Both the position numbers and the translations under genes were made by a program. Below, one piece after another: positions 37,927 through 48,513 of a stretch of DNA of 64,000 nt. Every line of letters begins with the position of its first letter. Position 1 is the first letter of the stretch. Below the pieces are notes generated by a model that saw nothing but the letters and a program-made list of their open reading frames with translations, had not been told where the DNA came from and made no database searches. Origin of the DNA: an uncultured Gammaproteobacteria bacterium (GTDB lineage Bacteria; Patescibacteriota; Microgenomatia; Levybacterales; GWA1-39-11). The stretch spans positions 12,353-76,352 of the forward strand of contig CAZDED010000007.1 of NCBI GenBank assembly GCA_964504535.1, given 5' to 3'.

Positions 37927-40728
37927 TTATCTACAAGATTGAGTCCAGAGGCCTTTGTACCCTGGAGTACACTGGTTACCTGTGCTATATACATCACCAC
38001 TTGAGCCATAAGTACCCCAATTACCACAGCATACTACATTTGCGTTATTTTGATCCCTACATGTATCGTCTGCTGCAACCCCAGCAGAGCTACATGCATC
38101 GATAGTTCCAGGATTACTAATACAAGGAACTTGTCCTCCTATTAACATGTAGCTATAGGAAAAGTTCACAAATGAAGAGTTACATACTAAATTACCTCCA
38201 CTTGCTGCTGGCATACCGTAAGTTAGCCCACCACTACAATCATAATCATAACTTCCATCTCCTCTATCTGTAGAAAAATATAAAGTTTGTCCTGGCTTTG
38301 CACTCGAATTAGAATCATAACAGTCATTTGTGCCAGTAACACTAGCTTTGTAATTTAAGGGGAGTACAAGACCAGAACAAACCTGCTGCGAACCAGATGG
38401 AGAATAGTTGTCATTATCAACATCTAAATATCCAGTGAGATTTTGCCATAAACTTCCACTATTACTATCACAATCTGTACCTGATGATCCGCTTACACCA
38501 GGTCGCAATGAAGCCCCAGAGCAAGCACCTGCTAGTGATGATGGATTAACCCCATCACCATCGTTATCTGGATACCCGGTTGAAAGATTCTGATAATATC
38601 CGCTTAGCGTATCATCACAGTCAGTATTATCTGCTGACCAGGCACCTGTGACCGGAGGAGTACACTGAGTTGTAGTTGATGGAGCAAGTCTCTTTATTTC
38701 AACCATTATTGATGCGTAGGTAGCAGATGAACTGAAGGTTGATGTCCTAGAGCTTGTTGCACCTGATCCAGTTCTCCACTCGGTAAATCCGGCAACACTA
38801 TCAATAGAAGTCACTCCTTTTCCATAAAGACTGCTCATGCCAGACGGAATAGTGTATATACCTCCATCTGTTGCAGTACCAACAGCCATTACTAGCATAT
38901 AATTTCCTGCTGTTGGGGTAATAGTAGAGCCAGTTTGGTTACTACTATTCCCCGTATTTGTGGCTACTGTACCGATAGGGCTTGCTGTTGCGACATTTCC
39001 AAAGGAAGTTAGAAACGCATGAGCATCAGATGAAGAACCAGTTACATTCACAGTATATGAGGCAGGTTCAGATCCATTCGCATATTTCCAGAACATTTGT
39101 ACTCCAACATTTGTACTGTTATTAGCTGTGCCAACAGAATTCCATGCAGCCCCCGCAGCAGTTATAGATACTGTTCTCCCAGTACCTCCTGTGTACTCTA
39201 TTGTCATGAGCATAAATGATCCACTCACAACATCTGCTGGCTTGGAAACTGTAAAGCTTGTACCGGCATTTACGGAACCGGATGTTGTCACACCTCTTGT
39301 AATTGTGCCAGAATTACCATGACCGTCGCCATCATTATCAGAATAGACTGTTGTATTGGAACAGGCTGCAGCTGTAGTTGCATATTGATTTGGTGTTGAA
39401 TAGGTCCCTGTTCCAGCTGCATTCTTTGCAGCCACTGCATACCCATAAACCGTACTTGGGTTTGCAGAAAAGGTGTGGCTATAAACTGATGTTACATTTG
39501 TAAGGGTAGCAGATGGACTACAGCTTCCACCTGTACACCACTTGAGATCAAAACCAGTACCAGCAGGTACTGCTCCACCAGTCTGTGTGCCGCTCCAGGT
39601 TATATCGTTTTGGGTTTGGGAAGAAGGATTGTTTACACTTACACTTGAGGGTGCACAGGGAGTCCCATTTGGATCATCCTGACAATCTGTCGCTCCTCCA
39701 CCTAACGCAGCACCTACCCCCATCCAGATATTAGTATTTGAAATTCCTTTAAAATAATTTCTACCACTAATAACGGATGGAGCACCTACACACTGGGTGG
39801 AAGCAGCTGATGAAGTTTTGTATCCATCGTTATCCACGTCAGTGACCATACCAAATAAATTCTGAAAGGTATATGCATTGTTTGGATTGCAGTCGAAGGT
39901 TGCAGACCCAGAAGACATTTTCCATGCGTAATTATAGTTTGAGTTGATAAGATTCCTTCTGACAAATTCGTTTGAGGCTGATGCAGTAGATAGCACATAC
40001 TGAGTTAAATCATCAATAAATCCATCAGCATCTTTATCATGAACAAAAACCCCACCTTTCTTTACTGAACCTCCGCGGGCAATAATAAGTGAAGAATTGG
40101 GTTTTTGTAAAATAAAACTCCCGAATGCCACCTGCTGAGAAGGTCCGACCGTCATTTGTGAACCTGGACTAAGGGTAAGCCCTGCAGTATTTGTTGTGCC
40201 TGATCCACTGTCTACTCCATTAAAATTTCCATTTAAATTACATGCTGCACCAACTGGAATTGTAAGCGCTCCAGTCGTTGGAGGGTCACAGGGACTTGCT
40301 GGACCATCTGACGTTGTGAATGTCACTGCTGAGGCTGCACCCGTTGTACCGCTCGCATTTATTGCGTATGCACAATACCAATACGGAGTATAGGGGTTAA
40401 GAAAGGTAGTAGAACTAGCTGGAATTGTAAATGTGAAATTGTGAGAGGTACTATCTGAACCCACAACTAAATCACTCCCCTGTGTCTGAGGATATCTGAT
40501 ACCACCGGTGTCGCTATTACAGTTTCCTGGGTTTGTTGAATAAACCCTGAAATGTCCGGTTGTGGCAAGAGCATTTGGATTGGCCGCTCCGTTAAGTGTT
40601 ACATAGTAAGAATTAACATTAGTCTGAGCACTAGTTGTGACCCCTGTAGGAGGAGCAGCATCAACTTTTGTACTAATAATCAAACCTAAAAATAGTATAA
40701 AAATTAAGCCTACGACTTTTTTGTTCAT
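37927..40728 (-). CDS. Large secreted Cys-rich adhesin-like protein (FN3-like domain and repeated DxDxDG/DCxD metal-binding motifs)
   Basis: Signal peptide; DKDADG, DVDNDG, DNDGDG (twice), DVDNDN paired with DCNP/DCDD/DCDS/DCYD; YGYAVAAKNAAG FN3 strand. Confidence 0.75.
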   Translation of the reverse strand: MNKKVVGLIFILFLGLIISTKVDAAPPTGVTTSAQTNVNSYYVTLNGAANPNALATTGHFRVYSTNPGNCNSDTGGIRYPQTQGSDLVVGSDSTSHNFTFTIPASSTTFLNPYTPYWYCAYAINASGTTGAASAVTFTTSDGPASPCDPPTTGALTIPVGAACNLNGNFNGVDSGSGTTNTAGLTLSPGSQMTVGPSQQVAFGSFILQKPNSSLIIARGGSVKKGGVFVHDKDADGFIDDLTQYVLSTASASNEFVRRNLINSNYNYAWKMSSGSATFDCNPNNAYTFQNLFGMVTDVDNDGYKTSSAASTQCVGAPSVISGRNYFKGISNTNIWMGVGAALGGGATDCQDDPNGTPCAPSSVSVNNPSSQTQNDITWSGTQTGGAVPAGTGFDLKWCTGGSCSPSATLTNVTSVYSHTFSANPSTVYGYAVAAKNAAGTGTYSTPNQYATTAAACSNTTVYSDNDGDGHGNSGTITRGVTTSGSVNAGTSFTVSKPADVVSGSFMLMTIEYTGGTGRTVSITAAGAAWNSVGTANNSTNVGVQMFWKYANGSEPASYTVNVTGSSSDAHAFLTSFGNVATASPIGTVATNTGNSSNQTGSTITPTAGNYMLVMAVGTATDGGIYTIPSGMSSLYGKGVTSIDSVAGFTEWRTGSGATSSRTSTFSSSATYASIMVEIKRLAPSTTTQCTPPVTGAWSADNTDCDDTLSGYYQNLSTGYPDNDGDGVNPSSLAGACSGASLRPGVSGSSGTDCDSNSGSLWQNLTGYLDVDNDNYSPSGSQQVCSGLVLPLNYKASVTGTNDCYDSNSSAKPGQTLYFSTDRGDGSYDYDCSGGLTYGMPAASGGNLVCNSSFVNFSYSYMLIGGQVPCISNPGTIDACSSAGVAADDTCRDQNNANVVCCGNWGTYGSSGDVYSTGNQCTPGYKGLWTQSCR

Positions 40729-40737
40729 ATGTTTTAC

Positions 40738-41751
40738 CTATTGATTTGCACGAATTGAGCCTGTTTGCGTATTTCCCTGATCATCTGTTCCGACAATATC
40801 ATACCCATAATGGGTGTATGTATCGGTCACTTGCCATGTTCCGGTCCATGTTCCACTCTGGGCAGTTCCGCCAGTTCTTGAGAGTGTAAATTCACGGGCA
40901 TCTCCATCAGAATAAAGGATAGCCTTCATAGACGTTATGTTGCCTACAGTGTCATCAGCCAGTACCTGAATTGACTGTGCTAGCCCAATAGTCTGATATA
41001 ACGGCATGACTGTTACTTGATAGATGTCAGGATTTACGCCTGCATGGTTACCCAAATTATAAGTGACTGATCCTACTGGAGGAGTTGGTGTTGGAGTTGG
41101 CGTAGCAGATGGCAATGGCGTAGGTGTAGGCGTTGGACTTATAGACTCCACGCCTCCAGCGATAGAAGAAGCTGAAGCAAGAGCACTACAATTTACAGCA
41201 CCTGACAGGGTGCATGCCCATACCCCACTGGTATATCCGCTTGGAGTACAATCTGACAATGATGACAGAGGACATACATTGGTCAATGCAGAAGATTTAC
41301 TGACTTGAGAAAAAATTACATTCCATTGAGGACAAGAGGCAGTGGATTCTGTTCTATACTTATAGCATTCTCCAGTCCCACCATTACATTTTGGATCCTG
41401 AGGAACCTTCTTCATATATGTAGTGTCATTCACTTTCCACTCCTGGCCAAATGGGAGCTGAGCCGGATAACATTTTGTATCACTGTAGTAAAGATCAACT
41501 GCAGTTTTTATAGCCTGAAGGTCTGCTAGTCTTTGTGTATCTTGCCCTTTATTGATCTGAGCAATTGGATTTAAGGTCAGAAGCACTCCACCGATAAGAG
41601 TTGAGAGTATTGTTGCAGCTACCAATACCTCGACGAGAGTAAAACCAAATTTAGGAGATATGAGATGGGAGATGGAAGATGGGAATTCATTTTTTCCCAA
41701 ACTCCTAACTCCTAACTTCTTTTTGGTAATTAATTTTTGGGCAGTATTCAT
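40738..41751 (-). CDS. Type IV pilin/GspG-like protein with C-terminal Pro-Thr linker and extra beta domain
   Basis: Prepilin site G|FTLVEVLV; DTQRLADLQAIKTAVDLYY…CYP; VPQDP. Confidence 0.85.
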   Translation of the reverse strand: MNTAQKLITKKKLGVRSLGKNEFPSSISHLISPKFGFTLVEVLVAATILSTLIGGVLLTLNPIAQINKGQDTQRLADLQAIKTAVDLYYSDTKCYPAQLPFGQEWKVNDTTYMKKVPQDPKCNGGTGECYKYRTESTASCPQWNVIFSQVSKSSALTNVCPLSSLSDCTPSGYTSGVWACTLSGAVNCSALASASSIAGGVESISPTPTPTPLPSATPTPTPTPPVGSVTYNLGNHAGVNPDIYQVTVMPLYQTIGLAQSIQVLADDTVGNITSMKAILYSDGDAREFTLSRTGGTAQSGTWTGTWQVTDTYTHYGYDIVGTDDQGNTQTGSIRANQ

Positions 41752-41753
41752 AT

Positions 41754-42278
41754 TTACTTTATTATTATGATTCCAGTCATTTCAGGTTTTGCTTTGTTCC
41801 TATATGTATAGGTACCCGGTGTATTAAATCTAACCTCTTTCATGTCAGAAGGTTCTATCGTACCGATATTTAAGATTTTACTATTTTCATCATTTCCCTC
41901 AATTGTTATCGCCTCTCCATCAATATTCAAAAACTCTATAAAACCTTTTTTTGGAATCGTTGCAATAGATGGATTAAATCTTCTTGAATTCACCATAACA
42001 GTCGTATTGACTATTGGTGGAATGGTTGGATAGGGAGTATGGGTTGTCATGTTGGTTGGTATTGTTGGTAAATTATTAGTACCTGTTTTTCCGGAATTCC
42101 CTTTCCCAAACAATACTATTATGGAAAGGATGAGAAAAACAATTATCCCAGCGACCAATATACCCATGATTACTTTCTCATTTTTATTCATAGTCCTTTT
42201 TATTTCATCAGAAAGAAATCCCTCTTGTGATTGGTTTGATTGAGGATGTGCTTTATGTTCATGTCTTCTCTTCAACAT
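41754..42278 (-). CDS. Membrane-anchored cupredoxin-like domain protein
   Basis: TM; FNPSIATI…FNTPGTYTY…MTGIIII; typical Cys/His copper ligands not evident. Confidence 0.7.
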   Translation of the reverse strand: MLKRRHEHKAHPQSNQSQEGFLSDEIKRTMNKNEKVIMGILVAGIIVFLILSIIVLFGKGNSGKTGTNNLPTIPTNMTTHTPYPTIPPIVNTTVMVNSRRFNPSIATIPKKGFIEFLNIDGEAITIEGNDENSKILNIGTIEPSDMKEVRFNTPGTYTYRNKAKPEMTGIIIIK

Positions 42279-42659
42279 ATATAAATTCTATACAGAAAAA
42301 ATCCTTTTCAGGCTTGTATGCCTATTTAGTATAGGTACGTTTTTTTTCCCTTGTCAAGCCCCTCAAATTGGGGCGCAGTGCAGGCATCTTTTGATGCGGG
42401 GTGCAAGCACATATTTTGTTCAAAATGTTAGTATTTAACCACTTACAAACTGTGTACATATACTCATATTTACATATAACTATATCTTTTAGTACTTCTT
42501 CCTAACAGAATTGTTGTGCATAATCACCTACCTATATATGGGATGCAAAACTGTAGTAGTTTGAATTCTTGACATCCAAATCACTACTTTGCTAATGTGG
42601 AGTATACCCTAATTTCTTTTTTCAGCTTTTTTTCAGAAAAAGCATAGTACGCTAAATAT

Positions 42660-44828
42660 ATGAGTAAATCTGTCTTATCACTTTTATCATCAGTTGCCAC
42701 GATTATTACAGCAACAATATTTCTCTTGTTCCCTCTATTCTTTCTTACCATAACTACTGACTTCTTTACATTCCCAAAGCAAATACTAATAGTCATCGGC
42801 TCACTTTTGCTCTTGGTTCTTTGGGGGATTAAAGTAGTTGTTGAAAAAAGAATTACTTTTCTTCTCAACCCACTCAATTTACCAATCCTTCTTTTTGGGC
42901 TGGTTCTTATTCTTTCGAACTTCTTTTCGCTTTCATCTCAAGATGCAGTCATTCAATCAGTTCCAGTTATTCTTCTTTGCGTACTTTTCGTCACGACAGT
43001 CAATTTTATTAGCGAAAAGTCATCTTTTACAATAGTTGTCACATCTCTTATTATAGGAAGTGCTCTTTCTACCCTACTTAGCATCTTTGCTTACTTTAAT
43101 ATTTATCTTCTCCCCTTTGAGGCTATCAAAAATCCTAGTTTTAATACACATGGTTCACCTATCCAGTATGCAGCCTATTTGATCCCACTTCTTATATTAT
43201 GTGCTGCTTCTCTCCTGGATATCGTTAAAAAAGGAAAGATGAAGTCAATTACAAAAGACTACTCATATATCTTGCAGTTAGTTTCTGCTGTTATTTTTGC
43301 GATTGGTCTTGGAATAGTAATCTTCCAAATAGCTACAGCACCTCAAAAACCAATTCTTTTACCCTTCAATCACGGGTTTCAGGTAGCATTTGCAACTATC
43401 AGTCAAGATGTTCCCCAAAGACTAGCCCAGTCGTTACTTCTTGGAAGCGGATATGGAACGTTCTCTACCGACTTCACAAGGTATGTATCCCCAGCTTTCA
43501 ATACTCTTCCCTTCTGGAATCTGACTTTTGCTTTCTCTTCCTCTTATGTTCTGGAACTATTGGCAACTACTGGTATATTAGGACTTTTCACCTTCGCCTT
43601 CATATTCCTGAATTTCTTAAGAAGCAAAGCTGCACCATCAAATCCGCTATTCCTTGCGACACTTGCGGTCTTTATCATGACACTGCTTGTACCATTTTCG
43701 TATTCATTAGTCTTTCTTCTTTTTGCTCTTTTAAGCTTATTCGTCTGCTATAGAGCAATTGCAAAAGCGAAAGGTTTTGATAGTATAGTTATCAATTTAG
43801 TGGCTTTGCGCCAAGGGCTTATCTCTGTCACTGAAGAAGGAACAAAAAAGAATAAAGAGAATCTGGTTTTGCCTACTGTTGTTTTAGCTATTTCAATACT
43901 TATTTCTGTTTTTGTGCTTTTCTACCTGACTGGAACGGGGTCAACACCAAGAAAAGGATATCTGTCACTTATTAGCTCTGATATTAAATTTGCAAAATCA
44001 TTCTCACAAGAAGCTTTAAGGTCTGGTACTCAAACATACAACCTGGAGACACAAGCCATTTCAGAATATCCTTACCGGAGTGACTACTATAGACTTTTCT
44101 CACAAATCAATCTTGCTCTTGCAGCTAACATAGTGACTGCCCAACAAGGCAGAAAACCATCAGAAGAAGTACAAAACAACATAATTGCCCTTCTTCAACA
44201 AAGCATAAATAGCGCCCGTCAAGCTGTTACCCTCTCACCTCTTTCATCGGTCAATTGGCAAAATCTAGGCCAAATTTACAGAAATCTCATCGGGGTTGGT
44301 CAAAATGCAGAACAATTCGCTGTGGCCTCATACAATCAAGCATCAACCCTAAATCCATCAAACCCTGGTCTTAGAATCGAACTTGGAGGTATTTACTATC
44401 AATTGAAGCAATGGGATTTGGCCCAAAATCAGTTCAATATTGCGCAGCAATTAAAGAACGACTATCCAAATGCATACTACAATCTAGGTCATGTGTATGA
44501 GGAGAAAGGTGATCTCCAAAATGCTCTAGCTCAATACAAGATGGTTGCTCAACTCGTTGCCAATGATAAGCCTAATTTGGATAAAATAAATACCGAAATA
44601 AAAGCACTTGAGGACAAAATTGGAGCTGCAGAGGCTCAAAACACAGAGGCAAAACAACCCACAACAGATACTACCCCACTTGGAGTAGACAAACCTCAAA
44701 CGGAATTTCCTCCAAAAGATCCTAAAGAAACAATTCCGGCTCCTCCAAAAGGTGTTGTGACTCCAAAACCAACAGCTACTGTGTCACCAACCCCTACGGT
44801 TGAGGCATCTCCAACCCCAGTTAACTAA
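42660..44828 (+). CDS. Polytopic membrane protein (O-antigen ligase-like) with C-terminal TPR repeats
   Basis: About 12 TM; LLGSGYGTF…S…LELLATTGILG; TPR WQNLGQIY, LGGIYY, AYYNLGHVY; PT-rich tail. Confidence 0.8.
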   Translation: MSKSVLSLLSSVATIITATIFLLFPLFFLTITTDFFTFPKQILIVIGSLLLLVLWGIKVVVEKRITFLLNPLNLPILLFGLVLILSNFFSLSSQDAVIQSVPVILLCVLFVTTVNFISEKSSFTIVVTSLIIGSALSTLLSIFAYFNIYLLPFEAIKNPSFNTHGSPIQYAAYLIPLLILCAASLLDIVKKGKMKSITKDYSYILQLVSAVIFAIGLGIVIFQIATAPQKPILLPFNHGFQVAFATISQDVPQRLAQSLLLGSGYGTFSTDFTRYVSPAFNTLPFWNLTFAFSSSYVLELLATTGILGLFTFAFIFLNFLRSKAAPSNPLFLATLAVFIMTLLVPFSYSLVFLLFALLSLFVCYRAIAKAKGFDSIVINLVALRQGLISVTEEGTKKNKENLVLPTVVLAISILISVFVLFYLTGTGSTPRKGYLSLISSDIKFAKSFSQEALRSGTQTYNLETQAISEYPYRSDYYRLFSQINLALAANIVTAQQGRKPSEEVQNNIIALLQQSINSARQAVTLSPLSSVNWQNLGQIYRNLIGVGQNAEQFAVASYNQASTLNPSNPGLRIELGGIYYQLKQWDLAQNQFNIAQQLKNDYPNAYYNLGHVYEEKGDLQNALAQYKMVAQLVANDKPNLDKINTEIKALEDKIGAAEAQNTEAKQPTTDTTPLGVDKPQTEFPPKDPKETIPAPPKGVVTPKPTATVSPTPTVEASPTPVN

Positions 44829-44865
44829 TAGCTAATATTACTATCACCGATTTTTGGTTATATTG

Positions 44866-45030
44866 TTTGCATTTCAAGGAAGCGCGCCCGAATTTTTCGA
44901 ACGAAGTGAAGACGGGGGATTCCTCGCAAATTTGTCGAGGAGGGGGTGAAATCACACACTTCACGAGTGAGAAAAATTAGCGACCCTTGATATGCAAGAG
45001 GCTTTGGTACTTTCTCCGGCCAGAAAGTGC
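44866..45030. repeat. ~165-bp structured dispersed repeat, copy 2
   Basis: Shares GAAGTGAAGACGGGGGATTCCTCGCAAA and AATTAGCGACCCTTGA with 2982-3148, same orientation. Confidence 0.85.
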
Positions 45031-45093
45031 AATAAATAAATAGACTAGTTAAGAAACCCAGAGGGTCGTCACTCAATCTACTGAGTCATATAT

Positions 45094-46269
45094 TTAATGA
45101 AGGAAGCTTAATGGGTCGTAGAAAGTTCCACCACTTCTCACCTCAAAATGAAGATGTGCACCTGTTGTTCTACCTGTTAGACCTACCCATCCTACTACGG
45201 TTGAACCAGCAACAACGCTTTGACCGGAACTAACATTCAACCCACTCATGTGCGCATATAAGGTTTGGTAACCGTTATTACCTGTCACAATAACATGTGT
45301 TCCATAACCATAATTCCAACCGCCAGCAACTGCATAACTGACAGTACCACTTGAAGCCGCAACAATCGGTGTTCCAATTGGAGCACCGATATCAATTCCT
45401 TGATGATACCAACTATAGTATTGATTCATCGTTCCTTGTATTGGCCATGTAAATCCAGCTCCCGATACGGAAACCGATCCTGAAGGTATAAAAGTACGCC
45501 GCGCTATATAAGTTGGAGCAGACTTTGGTGGGACCCCTTCGGGTACGATTAGGGTTTGACCTATGACAAGTGAAAAGGTCTGTGGGTCTGCAAAGTCGTT
45601 GAATGGGAAGTCGACTATAGCCTGAGCATTTGAACTATACTTCTTGGCTATAGTGTAAATAGTGTCTCCTGAAGTAACTTTATGCGCTACTCCACTCACA
45701 GGCAATATCTGCAATGTATCTCCTACTGTTATATCATCATCAGTTAGATCATTCTGCCAACGTACTGTATCCTCAGATACTGAAAATTTCTTTGCTATAC
45801 CAGACAATGTGTCACCCTTTTGAACAGTATAAGTAATAATTTCTGAGCGTGGTTTATCAGAAAGCTGAGTATGAAAGACGTCTTGAGGGGCAAGACTCTG
45901 CTTTTGCTCAGAGATGTCTTGCGCAAATGAAAGAAGGTTCTTGTCTTTAGAGAAAGGATTTTGGTCTGTTATAAATGGTGAGATAAGAACTCCGAAAGAA
46001 AGTACTGCCATAGCTGCTACATGGAGAAAAAATCTATTGCGCTTTCCACGCTTTATCAAAATTGACTTGACGACTGTATTCTTGTTCTTCTCAAAAATAT
46101 TTGAGAAGAACATCACTTTGTCTTTGGTATAAGTCGAAAGGAATAAAAGAAAACTTCCAAACTCGCTTTTGAGGCCAGAAAGTGCTTTTACAGCATTTTT
46201 GAAGAACGAGGGTTTTTTTGCTCCTGTATGAACTTTGCCCAATGAGGGGGCCATCTTGTGACGATTCAT
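45094..46269 (-). CDS. LysM + M23 peptidase
   Basis: Two LysM (YTVQKGDTLSGIAKKF; HKVTSGDTIYTIAKKY); HQGIDIG, YAHM, TGAHLHFEVR. Confidence 0.93.
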   Translation of the reverse strand: MNRHKMAPSLGKVHTGAKKPSFFKNAVKALSGLKSEFGSFLLFLSTYTKDKVMFFSNIFEKNKNTVVKSILIKRGKRNRFFLHVAAMAVLSFGVLISPFITDQNPFSKDKNLLSFAQDISEQKQSLAPQDVFHTQLSDKPRSEIITYTVQKGDTLSGIAKKFSVSEDTVRWQNDLTDDDITVGDTLQILPVSGVAHKVTSGDTIYTIAKKYSSNAQAIVDFPFNDFADPQTFSLVIGQTLIVPEGVPPKSAPTYIARRTFIPSGSVSVSGAGFTWPIQGTMNQYYSWYHQGIDIGAPIGTPIVAASSGTVSYAVAGGWNYGYGTHVIVTGNNGYQTLYAHMSGLNVSSGQSVVAGSTVVGWVGLTGRTTGAHLHFEVRSGGTFYDPLSFLH

Positions 46270-46314
46270 GGAAGTCTAAGTGTACCAGAATTGATGATTT
46301 GAAGCAAATAGGCT

Positions 46315-47532
46315 CTATTCCTTGCCTAATCCGCTGAGGAATTCTTCATTGTTTTCAGTTTGTTGTAGCCTCTCGATAAGAATTTGAGTACGCTCATCAG
46401 GTCCTAATACATCCATCATACGTCTCATTGTCGCAATCTTCTTGTAATCCTTCTCAGATAACAATAGTTCTTCTTTTCTAGTACCTGATCTTTCAATATT
46501 AATTGAAGGGAAGATGCGACGTTCTGCAAGTCTACGGTCAAGATGAAGTTCCATATTTCCGGTTCCCTTGAACTCTTCATAGATAAGATCATCCATTCTG
46601 CTTCCGGTATCAACAAGTGCAGTTCCGATAACAGTTAGTGACCCACCCTCTTCGCATTTTCTGGCTGCTCCAAAAAATCTCTTTGCTGGCCATAATGCTG
46701 CTGGGTCAAATCCTCCCGTAAGAGTTCTTCCTGAAGGCTCAATTGAAAGATTATATGCTCTTGCAAGACGAGTAATAGAATCAAGTAAAATAACGACATC
46801 CGCTCCACCCTCAACGAGTCTTTTGGCGCGATCAAGTGCAATTTCTGCTGCATTGGTTTGAGCCTCAGGTGGTTCGTCGAAATTTGAGGCTACAACCTCA
46901 CCCTTAACTGATCGCGAAATGTCAGTTACTTCCTCAGGTCTTTCTCCAATAAGACATGCCATAAGATGAACTTTGGGGAAATTTTCAGCAATTCCTGCTG
47001 CTAGATCCTTTAGAATAGTAGTTTTTCCTGCTTTAGGTGGGGATACTATCATTCCTCTTTGACCAAACCCAATAGGACTTACGATGTCGATAATGCGAGA
47101 TGACAATGGCGTTTTGCCGGTAGAAAGAACAAGCTGCTTGATAGGATATATAGGAGTCAGGTCTTCAAAATAAACTCTTTTGACGCCCTCTGCAGCTATT
47201 TTTCCGTTAATTTTCTCTATCTTCAAAAGTCCATAATATCTCTCGTTGTCTTTTGGAGGACGCCCAAGACCTTCTACAGCATCTCCATTACGAAGCCAAA
47301 AACGTCTGATTTGGGAAGAAGATATATAAATGTCTTTTTCGGATGGTCTGAATTTTGGACGTAAAAATCCGTGTCCTTCAGGCTTTATATCCAAAATTCC
47401 AGCTACTACTTCAGTGGCCTGGTCTCCGCGGGGTCTTCCATACTCTCCTCTGTCTTCAACCACGGAAGATGCCTCCACAGGTTGATTTGCAGATTCATCA
47501 ATGTCTTCTTGAGATTTCTTTACTGGGCTCAT
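46315..47532 (-). CDS. rho: Transcription termination factor Rho
   Basis: GHGFLR, DIYISSSQIRRF, PPKAGKT, LIGERPEEVTD, LLDSITRLARAYN, EEFKGTGNMEL. Confidence 0.97.
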   Translation of the reverse strand: MSPVKKSQEDIDESANQPVEASSVVEDRGEYGRPRGDQATEVVAGILDIKPEGHGFLRPKFRPSEKDIYISSSQIRRFWLRNGDAVEGLGRPPKDNERYYGLLKIEKINGKIAAEGVKRVYFEDLTPIYPIKQLVLSTGKTPLSSRIIDIVSPIGFGQRGMIVSPPKAGKTTILKDLAAGIAENFPKVHLMACLIGERPEEVTDISRSVKGEVVASNFDEPPEAQTNAAEIALDRAKRLVEGGADVVILLDSITRLARAYNLSIEPSGRTLTGGFDPAALWPAKRFFGAARKCEEGGSLTVIGTALVDTGSRMDDLIYEEFKGTGNMELHLDRRLAERRIFPSINIERSGTRKEELLLSEKDYKKIATMRRMMDVLGPDERTQILIERLQQTENNEEFLSGLGKE

Positions 47533-47773
47533 ACGTAATTTCGAGGCTTAATTTGTCTGGAAAAATTAACGAAGCGAGAAAATTAAAATCTTCTCGAACG
47601 TTATAATTATTAAACCACGCACCCTCAGGAATGTCAACAGACAACATAGGGAACAGAAAACAGCGCACAGAATCCTGTTAATAACTTATAGTAATTGTAT
47701 ACTATCATAACTACAGGATAAACTGAATCCTATTCCCTGTACCCTGCACCCTTTAATTTACATCCCATAGCAC

Positions 47774-47802
47774 TTGACAAACAACTCTTTCTCTGTTACA
47801 AT
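47774..47802 (+). promoter_or_regulatory. Sigma70 promoter with extended -10
   Basis: TTGACA-17-TACAAT with TG at the extended position, 12 nt before the ATG at 47815. Confidence 0.75.
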
Positions 47803-47814
47803 CCCAAAATCAAT

Positions 47815-48513
47815 ATGAATTTTAAAAGATTTGTCGCAACTTCTTTTGTAACAGCAGCTTTTCTTGCAACAGCAGGAAGTGCTATTGCTTCTGGTACCGG
47901 ATACGGTACAAGTAACTGCCAAGTAATCTACGGTGGAGGACAAGTATGTCCAACTACTCTACAATTCTCTATAGATAAAAAAGTTCTTGCACCAACAAAA
48001 GGTGGAACATTCGTTGACAACCTGGGATTTAATGACGCAAAATTCCAACCAGGTGATCAGGTTTCATTTAAAATAAGCCTTAAAAATACTGGGGACAAGA
48101 CAATTGATCAAATTACTATTGTTGATACTCTTCCAGCTTATCTTACATTTACATCTGGGCCTGGAACATATGATGCAACTTCAAGAACAGTTACCTATAT
48201 TATAAAAAATATTGCTGCCAACCAATCAAATGATCAGACAATAGTTGCAACTATTGCAAATGTTGATGCCCTTCCAAAAGATCAAGGAGTTATGTGTCTT
48301 ACAAACAATGTAAAAGGTAATGACAATCAAAGTGATGTAGCAAATGACAGCTCTGCTTTTTGTATCCAAAAAGAAGCTATGACTCCAAAAGTATTCACAA
48401 CAGTTCCACCTAAATCTATTCCAAATACTGGACCTGAAATGCTTCCTTTGCTCGGACTTATTCCAGCTGGAATCGCAGGATTTACACTTCGAAAAAAATC
48501 AAAACTCGGCTAA
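47815..48513 (+). CDS. DUF11-type Ig-like surface protein with sortase-like C-terminal signal (IPNTG-TM-basic tail)
   Basis: Signal peptide; PGDQVSFKISLKNTG…IVDTLP; IPNTGPE, hydrophobic stretch, RKKSK. Confidence 0.8.
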   Translation: MNFKRFVATSFVTAAFLATAGSAIASGTGYGTSNCQVIYGGGQVCPTTLQFSIDKKVLAPTKGGTFVDNLGFNDAKFQPGDQVSFKISLKNTGDKTIDQITIVDTLPAYLTFTSGPGTYDATSRTVTYIIKNIAANQSNDQTIVATIANVDALPKDQGVMCLTNNVKGNDNQSDVANDSSAFCIQKEAMTPKVFTTVPPKSIPNTGPEMLPLLGLIPAGIAGFTLRKKSKLG

